Source of the DNA: an uncultured Chloroflexia bacterium
Lineage (GTDB): Bacteria > Chloroflexota > Chloroflexia > QHBQ01 > JADMIH01
Length of the DNA stretch: 64,000 bases
Reading direction: 5' to 3'
NCBI GenBank assembly: GCA_963797095.1
Contig: CAWCNY010000004.1
Location: forward strand, 416,001-480,000
Numbering within the stretch: position 1 is the first letter of the stretch; the number at the start of each line of letters is the position of its first letter. Made by a program: the position numbers and the translations under genes. The notes beneath the pieces were generated by a model. It had not been told where the DNA came from. It did not search any database and was given only the letters and a program-made list of their open reading frames with translations. Positions 48,540-57,341 of the stretch are shown piece after piece.

Positions 48540-50585
48540 CTACACTCTACTTGGCATGAACGAAAAGATGGCGCGCGTTCCCGTTCCATCCTCTCGAGGT
48601 TTGATCTCAAAGGTGCCGCGCAAGTCACTCACCACCAGCGTGTTAACAATATTCATTCCCAGTTGCCCGTCCTTGCGCGCATCGAAGCCATCCGGCAGCC
48701 CAACCCCGTCGTCCTCCACCTCAATAGTAATCACAGATGACGACCGCCTCGTGTCACTCGTTTCGGCGTTGGCTCTTCCCTCTTGCTTCACCCGTATATT
48801 GAGCGTTCCGCGGTCCTTGTTGGCAAACCCATGCATCAAGGCGTTCGAGATTAGCTCGTTCAACAACAAAGCCAGAATGGTGGCATCATGCGATCCAACC
48901 CTCACCTGCCCCGCATTACCGGGATCGATATTCAGATCGAGCTTGAACCCTGGCTTGAGCAACGTCGAGACCACTCCATCGGCCACCCTCCGCGCCAGGT
49001 CATGGATACTGATCGAATCGATCTCCGAGTCACCGTTCACCATCAGGTCATGCACCACCGCTATACTCTGCACACGCGAAATACTCTCGCGCACCGCCAC
49101 CGCCCCCTCGCTCTCGCCTCGCATTCTGCGCAATTGCATAGACAGCAGCCCGGCCACCGTTTGCAGGTTGTTTCGCACCCGGTGATTCATCTCTTGCAGC
49201 ATGGCCGACTTAACCTGAAGCCCCCTGAGGGCACCATCATATAGCCGTGAGTTCTCCAGCGCGATAGCCGCCTCACGCGCAAAGGCGGCCAGCAGCCGCA
49301 CTTGATCGTCCGTCAGGGTCTTCTCTGTGCGATTGTAGAGGCAAATACCGCCCATGATCCCCCTGGGCGCGACCAGCGGCACGCAATAGAGCCATGCATA
49401 ATCTTCCCCCACAAAGGGCAGCGCCTGCCCGGCATCGGCGTTGGGTGGGAGCAGGGTCGGTATGCCCTTGGTAATCGCTTCTGCTATCTCGCTCCCTTCG
49501 ATAGGCAAACTGGTATGCAGGTCGGCGCGCCACTGGTGGATACTGTGGTCAGGGTCGCGCAGGTCGTACTGCGCCACCAGTTCCAGCAAGCCCTCCTCCT
49601 TGTGCAGTTCGTAGATGGCGGTGGCATCTGCCTTCACAAGTTGCGCCGATTGGTGAGCGATCAGCGCCAGCACCTCGGTGAGGTTCAGCGTGGACGCTAT
49701 ATGCGCCGACACCCCCTGCAAAGTCGATAGCTCCGTTACCTTTTGCCGAAGCGCGCTGTCTGTCTGCTCGTACAGCCTGGCATTCTCGATAGCGATCGCG
49801 ATCTCTCCTGCCACCGTTTCGAGGAACTTGATTTCAGTCTCGCTGAAGTCGCGCGGCTCAACCGTGTGCAGATCGATCACACCCACCAGTTTCTCTTTAG
49901 TGAACAGCACAATCGGCACTGCCAGGATCGAAGCGGTATTCTCTTCCTCTGACAGCGGCACGTACTTAAAGTGCGGGTTAGTCCACGCATCACGCGCCGA
50001 CACCGGCTTGCCCATCAAGGCCGCCCACCCCGTCACCCCTTCGCCCGGCCTGAGCTGTATTTTGCCCACACCCCGGTGATTGAGGCCGTTGGTCGCGGTC
50101 AGCACAAGCTGGTCCCATTCCTGTTCGTAGAGAAAGATCGAGCAGATATCGGCGTGCGTAACCTCCACTACCGCCTGCACGATTTCGTTCAACATATCGG
50201 TCAGCTTTAGCGACGAGTTGGCCGCGCTGATGATCCTGTGAAGGGCTGTGAGGTCCGCCATCCGGTCCTGGGCCGCTTCAATCGCCCTGGCCGCTGCCAG
50301 TTCGCCACTCTTCACCTCCAGGTAGCCTCGCATCGCCGCGCCAAGCAATTTCGACTCCAAAGCCTGGGATAACGGCTGTTCGATTTCAAGTTCCCGCAGC
50401 AAGGCAAGGATCCTCTCCGCCAGCGCGTCCTCGTCCGCGCCTTCCTGCGCGACAGCACGGCCCTCAACTCGCGCCCAGTCCTCAAGGTGCGCCACGTTCC
50501 CCGTCGCCTGAAACTCATCAAAAGCCCTGGGCAATGAAGTCGCAACTAGCCCTACACTATTTTCAATTGAAGTATCTGCACTCAT
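48540..50585 (-). CDS. Cytoplasmic GAF-GAF sensor histidine kinase (HisKA_2/PdtaS-like)
   Basis: Two GAF domains ending AIAIENARLY/AIALENSRLY; EMNHRVRNNLQ, NELISNALMH, DDGVG, LGMNIV. Confidence 0.9.
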   Translation of the reverse strand: MSADTSIENSVGLVATSLPRAFDEFQATGNVAHLEDWARVEGRAVAQEGADEDALAERILALLRELEIEQPLSQALESKLLGAAMRGYLEVKSGELAAARAIEAAQDRMADLTALHRIISAANSSLKLTDMLNEIVQAVVEVTHADICSIFLYEQEWDQLVLTATNGLNHRGVGKIQLRPGEGVTGWAALMGKPVSARDAWTNPHFKYVPLSEEENTASILAVPIVLFTKEKLVGVIDLHTVEPRDFSETEIKFLETVAGEIAIAIENARLYEQTDSALRQKVTELSTLQGVSAHIASTLNLTEVLALIAHQSAQLVKADATAIYELHKEEGLLELVAQYDLRDPDHSIHQWRADLHTSLPIEGSEIAEAITKGIPTLLPPNADAGQALPFVGEDYAWLYCVPLVAPRGIMGGICLYNRTEKTLTDDQVRLLAAFAREAAIALENSRLYDGALRGLQVKSAMLQEMNHRVRNNLQTVAGLLSMQLRRMRGESEGAVAVRESISRVQSIAVVHDLMVNGDSEIDSISIHDLARRVADGVVSTLLKPGFKLDLNIDPGNAGQVRVGSHDATILALLLNELISNALMHGFANKDRGTLNIRVKQEGRANAETSDTRRSSSVITIEVEDDGVGLPDGFDARKDGQLGMNIVNTLVVSDLRGTFEIKPREDGTGTRAIFSFMPSRV

Positions 50586-51559
50586 AGTCTTTTCATGTAT
50601 TGTAGCCAGTGTCGCGTAACGCTGAACCCCGACCGTAATGCCAACCTGTGCGCCGCCACCTGGTCGCTCGCTGTGCTCAATTCCACAAGTCCAACATCCT
50701 CCGCCCTGAGGTATTGCAAGGCGGTAGTCAGCAAGGCGCGCCCCAGCCCCATACGCCGCAACGACGGCTCAAGCCGTATCTCGTGCAGGTAGCCCCTGCC
50801 TGTGCCGGCCCCGCTCGCCCTGATTACTCCCACAATTCTGTCACCGCGATCCACCAGGAATAAGACACCCATCGGGTCCCAACCCTCGCCCCCTGTCATG
50901 CTCTCCATTTCCTCAGGCGTTATCAGCGAGTAGTTAGCGTCATACGAACCGAGCCTGTTAGTGGTTTCGCGGTACAGATCGGCCCCATCACCCATTTCGG
51001 CCAGCGACCGGATAGTATACCCCGGCGGCAAGGAAAGTTCTGAGATACCCTCCAACCCGTAACGGCTCAGTCGCATCGATTGGCCCACAATCGTGAATCC
51101 ATGCCCCAACAGGAACGCGCTTGAGCCTTTATCCTCGCCCGCGATGGTCGTCTCAAGCACACGATGACCCCGCCCCGCCGCCGCCTGCTCTAAATGCGAA
51201 AGCAGTCGCGATCCCAACCCATGTCGTCTGTGATCCGGTACCACATACATATCAAAGTTGCCCGGTGGCCTGTCGGGGAAGAGCCAGCGCGGGTAAACCA
51301 CAGCCGACGCCACGGGTTCGTCGCCCAGGAAGATCAGCCAGCTATTCCCCTCCAATCCGAACCCGGTGCGATCATAGAACCGCTCCATCTCGCGGCCATC
51401 CCACTCCTGAAAGTCTTCCGGCAGCGACACAGCGCGCAACGTCTCGTTTCTGGTCTGCGCCAGCGAGTCCAGGTCGCTCGCCGTACCATCAAAGGGGCGC
51501 AACTGCAATTGGCGCGGGTCTTCCCCACGTTCCCAGGCTCGGCCTACCTTCAAAAGCAT
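50582..51559 (-). CDS. Tandem-GNAT N-acetyltransferase
   Basis: VVPDHRRHGLGSRLL and LRRMGLGRALL acetyl-CoA motifs. Confidence 0.85.
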   Translation of the reverse strand: MLLKVGRAWERGEDPRQLQLRPFDGTASDLDSLAQTRNETLRAVSLPEDFQEWDGREMERFYDRTGFGLEGNSWLIFLGDEPVASAVVYPRWLFPDRPPGNFDMYVVPDHRRHGLGSRLLSHLEQAAAGRGHRVLETTIAGEDKGSSAFLLGHGFTIVGQSMRLSRYGLEGISELSLPPGYTIRSLAEMGDGADLYRETTNRLGSYDANYSLITPEEMESMTGGEGWDPMGVLFLVDRGDRIVGVIRASGAGTGRGYLHEIRLEPSLRRMGLGRALLTTALQYLRAEDVGLVELSTASDQVAAHRLALRSGFSVTRHWLQYMKRL

Positions 51560-51780
51560 CTTCCTCTCTGAAGCTGATTGACTGACACCAATAACATATT
51601 ATACCATCGCACGTCCGGCAAACCCGTCGCGCCTGTGTGCCGCCAAGTCCGGGCTGGAACTGACACCTAAAGAGGTGACAGGTTATTAAGCTCCCTTTGC
51701 AATAAGATTGATCTTGTGGAAGATATGCCCAGGCGGATGGACCTATCAAGACCGCACGAGTCAACAGGAGGCAAAATGCG

Positions 51781-52131
51781 ATGGCAACTATGATGGAATA
51801 TCGAATCGTTATATTGTTCGGTGGTGGAGATGCCGGTGGAATCATCATCACACCCCACGGTATAAAGCGTATCCCTCCCTGGAATCCCCTGATAACTGCC
51901 ACTCTGAAGGGACTACAACACCTGATGCACGCTGACGTTAGCATTGACGATCGGGAGATCAGCAACGAGATCAGTGGCGTGGCCGCCAGGCTGAATGACA
52001 GAATAGTGGGCTGGGTAGACAACGAAGTTGGCAGCGCTACATCTATCGTTTTCCTTGACGGCGACGACGGCTTCGTCTGCGGTAGCACAGGTAAACCACC
52101 AATCCCCATCCCAAGACCTCACGCAATGTAA
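51781..52131 (+). CDS. Small hypothetical protein
   Basis: AGGAGG RBS upstream, hairpin after the stop codon; no recognisable family. Confidence 0.6.
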   Translation: MATMMEYRIVILFGGGDAGGIIITPHGIKRIPPWNPLITATLKGLQHLMHADVSIDDREISNEISGVAARLNDRIVGWVDNEVGSATSIVFLDGDDGFVCGSTGKPPIPIPRPHAM

Positions 52132-52141
52132 TTAGAGAGAT

Positions 52142-52370
52142 GCACGGAGGTGGACAGAGCGGGATTAGAGTCTCTGCGCTGTAACCACCTCCAGGGCGGA
52201 TGCAAAGTCAGGCACGAACCCGCAATTATGGTCGCTGGAACCCTTTCCGAGAAAGTAGCTCTTGCCATTGACGCCTAGCCGGACCTGGCAATATGCCGGT
52301 CACGGTTGCCCAACCAGCTAACTTCGCATTGACGCCTGACTTTGCACCCGCCCTGTTACCACCTCCGCGC
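52142..52370. repeat. ~230-bp element with long terminal inverted repeats (MITE-like or structured RNA)
   Basis: 52192-52213 is 21/22 complementary to 52334-52355; GGAGGTGG (52146-52153) is complementary to CCACCTCC at 52185-52192 and 52359-52366. Confidence 0.6.
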
Positions 52371-52373
52371 GTC

Positions 52374-52403
52374 TTGACACGCTACATTCGTATGCAATAC
52401 AAT
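52374..52403 (+). promoter_or_regulatory. Sigma70-type promoter of the tRNA gene
   Basis: TTGACA-18 bp-TACAAT, 13 bp upstream of the tRNA. Confidence 0.7.
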
Positions 52404-52416
52404 TAAGGTCGAGTCT

Positions 52417-52492
<76 letters not shown>

Positions 52493-52605
52493 GATAACGG
52501 AAGACTGGTCGCAAAGAGGCGCGCAACCTCCTGAAACGACCGGTCGTTTCACTATGTAATGAACAAATCGCACTAACCACTAGCAGCATTTGATATAATA
52601 CCTCC

Positions 52606-53614
52606 ATGCCAAAAGTAGCCATCATCATTGTCAATTACAATACACGCGATCTGCTCGCCACCTGCCTTCAATCGGTGTATGCAAATCGCACCGAGCATTC
52701 ATACCATGTGATCGTAGTTGACAACGTATCCAACGATGGCAGCGCGGAGTTGGTGGCTGCCCGCTACCCCCAGGCAACCCTTATCAGGAGCAACCGCAAC
52801 GGTGGTTTCGGCTACGCGAACAACCTCGGCTTGCGGTGGCTCGCGGCACAAAGGGATTTCCCGCGTGAGGGCACCGGCGGCACATCCATCCAGGCAAGTG
52901 GCCCGCCCGATGGCGCGCAACCCCGGCGCGAAGTGCCTCTATCCGGCTACTCCCCATACACATACCCATGCGACCTCGTTCTTTTCCTCAACCCCGACAC
53001 CATACTGCCCAAAGATGCCATTCAAATCACGGTTGACTTCTTCGATGAGCACCCTGAGGCTGGCATAGTCGGCCCCAAAGTGGTCAAGCTCGACGGCAGC
53101 CTCGATCTGGCGTGCCGTCGCTCCTTCCCAACTCCCGTCTCCAGTCTGTTCAAGCTCACCGGCCTCAGCAGGGCCTTCCCCAGGAGCAAGATGGCCGCCC
53201 GCTACAACCTCACCTACCTCAGCGAAGATCACACCGCCGAAGTAGAACTCGGTCATGGGGGCATACATGCTGGCGCGGGCGCAGGCGCTTGCCGAGGCCG
53301 GTCTTTACGATGAGTCCTTCTTTATGTACGGCGAAGACCTCGATCTCGCCTTTCGTATCAAGGAGCGCGGCTGGCACGTCTTTTACTACCCTGCCGTCGA
53401 AGTGCTCCACCACAAAGGCGCTAGCAGCCGCAAACAGAGCGAGCGCTCGATCCGAGAATTCTATCGCGCCATGCGCATCTTTTACCAGAAGCACTACGCC
53501 CAACAGTACAATGGCCTGATTAATGCGGTGGTCAACCTGGGAATTACTATACGAGGCGCTCTAGCCCAACTCCAAAACACCCTGCGCCCCAACGAGCGAA
53601 AGCGCGTCACGTGA
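52606..53614 (+). pseudogene. GT2 family glycosyltransferase (WbbL-like), frameshift at ~53246
   Basis: IIIVNYN, VVDN, GFGYANN, FLNPD; removing one A restores EVDSVMGAYML and joins the DESFFMYGEDLD half. Confidence 0.8.
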
Positions 53615-53684
53615 TACGTGAAATGAAGGATGATCAGTGACGAGTGAATAAGCGGTACCCAGCACGCAGTACGCAATAGTCACG

Positions 53685-53723
53685 TATCACCTATCACCTA
53701 TCACCTATCACCTATCACCTATC
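53685..53723. repeat. Heptamer tandem repeat (TATCACC)x5
   Basis: Read directly. Confidence 0.9.
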
Positions 53724-53737
53724 TCTACACATGGAGC

Positions 53738-55402
53738 ATGACAGTGGTTAAGCGTTCGGAATCAGCCGAACAAGTCGAACATGTACGTACGAACGATGCA
53801 CCTCCTCAGGATGGCCAACGTCCCGCCAACGGGTCCGCCAGGACCAGGGCGCGAGCGCAGAACGGGCAGCGCGCGACCCAGGCACCCGGCACCAACGGCA
53901 CCTCCACCCGGTCAACATCAGCGCAGACTACTGCCGTGGCACCGGAAGTGCCTCCCACGCCCCCCTTGCCGGAGCTTGGCCCTGCCCCCCACCCACCAAC
54001 CCGGTTCGGCCCGGTTGCGCTCGTGCTTGGCGAGATGCTCATTGATATAGTCGCCATCACAGCGGCGTTCGCGCTTGCTTACTGGCTCCGGTTCAGCACA
54101 GACATCACCCCCAAATTTACCGAGCCCGACAACGCAACCTACGCTACCATGCTCGGCGTGACCCTGGTGGTGATGGTTTTTACCTTCTATTTCAGCAGGC
54201 TATACAACCTCAAGCGGGGCGCATCCCGCGTTGACGAGTTCTACAAAACCGCCGCCGCCGTGTCGATGGGCACCGTGGTATCGCTGGCACTCAACTCGGT
54301 CATCCTGGGCGACGATTTCGTCTATTCGCGCCAGATTCTCCTTGTCGGTTGGCTCCTGGCAATCCTTTTCGTCACCGCAGGTCGCCTGGTTTACAGCGTA
54401 GCGGTGGGCGAGCTTCGCAAGCATGGCGTGGGACGCGCCCGCGTGCTCGTGATCGGCACAGGCCCCACAGCCTACACCGTGGCCGCCCGCCTTGAATGGC
54501 ATCCCACGCTCGGCTACAAAGTCGTCGGCATGATCGAGAACACCACGCAGGAAGTCCAGCCGGGGCGCAGCATTGGCAAAGTGCCTGTGGTTGGTAATCT
54601 CTCCGATCTTGTCCAAATCATCCGCCGCGAGCGTGTTGACGAGATGATTGTGGCTCTGCAAGGAGCATCCGACATCGACCTCCGCAACATCCTCAGCCTG
54701 GTCAAAGACGAAACAGTCTCAATAAAGATCTATCCCGACGCCTTCCAACTCCTGACCCAGAACGAGGTGAGCGTGGGCGAGCTTAGCGGTCTCCCACTCC
54801 TCAGTGTGAGAGATGTGGCCCTGCGCGGCTGGAACCGCCGTGTCAAACGTGCATTCGACATTCTGTTCAGTTCGGCTGTCCTCATCATCACATCCCCCAT
54901 CCTTCTGCTCATCGCCATCGCCGTAAAACTGAGCAGCCCCGGCCCTGTATTCTTCATCCAACCGCGCGTAGGCCTCGACAATCAACCTTTCCGCCTGGTC
55001 AAGTTTCGCTCGATGCGCATGGATGCCGACCCCTCAGGATGGACCACAGTCAACGACCCACGCAGGACAAAAATCGGCACCCTCATCCGGCGCTTCTCCC
55101 TGGATGAGTTGCCCCAGTTCTTCAACGTACTGATAGGCGAGATGAGCATCGTTGGCCCTCGTCCCGAACAACCTGAATATGTCAGAGAGTTCGCTGAGAA
55201 AATAGACGACTACCTGCGCCGCCACCGCGAGAAAGCAGGCATCACCGGCTGGGCGCAGGTCAACGGCTTCCGGGGCGATAGCTCAATCGAGTTGCGCACC
55301 GCCCTCGACCTCTATTACGTCGAGAATTGGTCGGTCCTGTTCGACCTGAAGATCATAGTCCGGACGATTATCACCATATTCCGGGGCAAGAACGCGTACT
55401 GA
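53738..55402 (+). CDS. Undecaprenyl-phosphate glucose phosphotransferase (WcaJ-like priming glycosyltransferase)
   Basis: [48 protein letters not shown]. Confidence 0.92.
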   Translation: MTVVKRSESAEQVEHVRTNDAPPQDGQRPANGSARTRARAQNGQRATQAPGTNGTSTRSTSAQTTAVAPEVPPTPPLPELGPAPHPPTRFGPVALVLGEMLIDIVAITAAFALAYWLRFSTDITPKFTEPDNATYATMLGVTLVVMVFTFYFSRLYNLKRGASRVDEFYKTAAAVSMGTVVSLALNSVILGDDFVYSRQILLVGWLLAILFVTAGRLVYSVAVGELRKHGVGRARVLVIGTGPTAYTVAARLEWHPTLGYKVVGMIENTTQEVQPGRSIGKVPVVGNLSDLVQIIRRERVDEMIVALQGASDIDLRNILSLVKDETVSIKIYPDAFQLLTQNEVSVGELSGLPLLSVRDVALRGWNRRVKRAFDILFSSAVLIITSPILLLIAIAVKLSSPGPVFFIQPRVGLDNQPFRLVKFRSMRMDADPSGWTTVNDPRRTKIGTLIRRFSLDELPQFFNVLIGEMSIVGPRPEQPEYVREFAEKIDDYLRRHREKAGITGWAQVNGFRGDSSIELRTALDLYYVENWSVLFDLKIIVRTIITIFRGKNAY

Positions 55403-55959
55403 TGGCGAAAGACCAAAGACAAAAGACCAAAGACCGCAAGCAATCCAGGTCCAGCGGGCCTTCGTCCTCAATCCTCCGTCCTTCGTCGCCCGATGGCCTG
55501 ACCCATCTCGACGAGCACGGCAACGCCCGCATGGTGGATGTCGGCTCCAAGCCCGACACCGAGCGCATCGCCGTCGCCAGGGGCGATATCGCCCTCAGCC
55601 CCGATACCATTGCCCTGGTAAGAGAAGGGAAGGCCGCCAAAGGCGATGTGCTGGCCGTAGCCCGGGTGGCGGGTATTATGGCTGCCAAAAAGACCTCCGA
55701 CTTGATCCCCCTTTGCCACCCTCTCATGCTCTCGTCCGTAAAAGTAGATTTCACCTTCCGCGACGATGCAATCGAAGTAACCGCCACCGTCAAGACCACC
55801 GGGCCAACCGGCGTCGAGATGGAGGCCCTCACCGCCGTGTCGGTAGCCTCACTCACCATCTATGATATGCTAAAGGCGGTTGAGCGCGGGGCAACAATAG
55901 GCAATATCCGCCTGGAAAGAAAGGAAGGCGGCAAGAGCGGCCTTTGGGAGCGAGGATGA
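55402..55959 (+). CDS. moaC: Cyclic pyranopterin monophosphate synthase MoaC
   Basis: LTHLD...[48 protein letters not shown]. Confidence 0.95.
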   Translation: MAKDQRQKTKDRKQSRSSGPSSSILRPSSPDGLTHLDEHGNARMVDVGSKPDTERIAVARGDIALSPDTIALVREGKAAKGDVLAVARVAGIMAAKKTSDLIPLCHPLMLSSVKVDFTFRDDAIEVTATVKTTGPTGVEMEALTAVSVASLTIYDMLKAVERGATIGNIRLERKEGGKSGLWERG

Positions 55960-56237
55960 GACACGAAACCAGAACACGCCTGAAACGAGACGAGATCTTC
56001 GAAGCCGCAAAACGCTTCTTCGGCGAGGGCGAAGGTGGCCTCGGCATGAAGAAGAGCGCCGAGCAGGGCAACCAGCTAGCCTTCTACGGCGACGGCCTCG
56101 TCTGGATCACCTCCTGGCCCGCCAGGCCGGGCGAAGAAACTCACGTAGACTTAGATGTCTCCGACCGCGAAAAAGAGGCCCGCGAGTTTATAGAGAAGGT
56201 CCTGAAAGCATCCCTCACAGTCCCACCAGAAAAGTAA
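55956..56237 (+). CDS. Small hypothetical protein
   Basis: ATGA overlap with the moaC stop; coding-like composition. Confidence 0.65.
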   Translation: MRHETRTRLKRDEIFEAAKRFFGEGEGGLGMKKSAEQGNQLAFYGDGLVWITSWPARPGEETHVDLDVSDREKEAREFIEKVLKASLTVPPEK

Positions 56238-56359
56238 CCCCCACACTCGGTATCTTTTTCCTATCCCCTCCACGCGACTTCTCCCTTATTCTAACAACAT
56301 AGAGGTAGAGTTCGCCTGTGCCCGGCGTATCTATCCGGGTGCAGTAGGAGGGAGTGGTC

Positions 56360-57082
56360 ATGAAACTGAGTGCGCCTGTTTTGCGCCTCGCTTTCGCGCT
56401 GCTGGTGGTTCCTATGGTGCTGGCAGGCTGCGCCGGTGCAACTGCTTCGAAGTCGAATAGCGCGATCACCGACAAACCCCCTGCCGAGCCGAAACCGGTC
56501 GCCAGGGACTGGACGCTATATACCTTCGACAATGAAGGCTTCGCGATTTCCCTGCCACCCGGCTGGAAGGAGTTCAACCTCAGCAAAGAGAATCTCCAGG
56601 CGGTGGTAAACGACCTGGCAGCAGCCAATCCCGTCTTTGGCAGCGCCATGTCAGGCCAGATCAGTGAAATGATGTCGAAAGGCATAAAATTCTACGCCTT
56701 CGACCTCTGGTCCGCTTCTCTGCAAATGGGCTTCGCCAACAATATCAACGTGTTGAAGACCGATAGGCCGTCCAACGGCGATCTCAACGAAGCCGTCAAG
56801 CAATCCATTTCCGAGTTGAAGCAGCAGCTAGGCAACAGCCTGGACGGGCCCATCCTACCCGCCCGCCTCACCACTATCGGAGGCCAGGATCTCGCACGCA
56901 TCAACTATGATGCGGTTCTCAACATGCCAAACGGCACCCCTGTCTCGATCTCCTTGGTGCAGTACATGGGCCTCACTGATAACAATCTCTATATCCTCAC
57001 CTGCACAACCACCACCTCCCAGATCGATGACTACGCCCACACCTTCGAAAACATAGCGCAAGGCTTGTACTTCTTGCATTAG
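56360..57082 (+). CDS. Lipoprotein, PsbP/DcrB-like fold suspected
   Basis: AGGAGG RBS, lipobox LAGC, GFAISLPPGW, YILTCTT, FENIAQGL. Confidence 0.7.
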   Translation: MKLSAPVLRLAFALLVVPMVLAGCAGATASKSNSAITDKPPAEPKPVARDWTLYTFDNEGFAISLPPGWKEFNLSKENLQAVVNDLAAANPVFGSAMSGQISEMMSKGIKFYAFDLWSASLQMGFANNINVLKTDRPSNGDLNEAVKQSISELKQQLGNSLDGPILPARLTTIGGQDLARINYDAVLNMPNGTPVSISLVQYMGLTDNNLYILTCTTTTSQIDDYAHTFENIAQGLYFLH

Positions 57083-57231
57083 AGTAGCTTTATGTCCACT
57101 ATCTTCCCAAAATCGGAGACCGATGTGAAGAACGTTTGGCGGGGTGCTCTTTTCATCTGAGGGCGTGGGCGTAATCGTCGATCTGGTATCGTCCCGAATG
57201 TCAGGTTCGGGTTCACAAGCTCACAATCCGG

Positions 57232-57284
57232 TTCTAAAACAAACAAAATTGGCGGCTTTGCCGCCAATTTTGTTTGTTTTAGAA
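57232..57284. repeat. Perfect palindrome (25-bp arms, 3-nt loop); possible bidirectional terminator
   Basis: TTCTAAAACAAACAAAATTGGCGGC-TTT-GCCGCCAATTTTGTTTGTTTTAGAA between convergent genes. Confidence 0.85.
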
Positions 57285-57341
57285 GGCCCCTCCCAAGTTT
57301 TAGGGGGGTTGGGGTGGGGTCCTGGGGCACCACGATCCGAT

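Noticed and set aside
51610-51690. GGCAAACCCGTCGCG...GCCGCCAAG resembling a c-di-GMP-I riboswitch
   Set aside because: The P2 stem cannot form (no GACGGG-like partner) and the GCAAAG motif is degenerate.
52270-52310. Minus-strand CCAGGTCCGG resembling SRP RNA
   Set aside because: The required AAGGAAGCAGC continuation is absent.
52315-52410. CTAAC...-type integron attC site
   Set aside because: No complementary GTTRRRY end at a suitable distance, no cassette array and no integrase.
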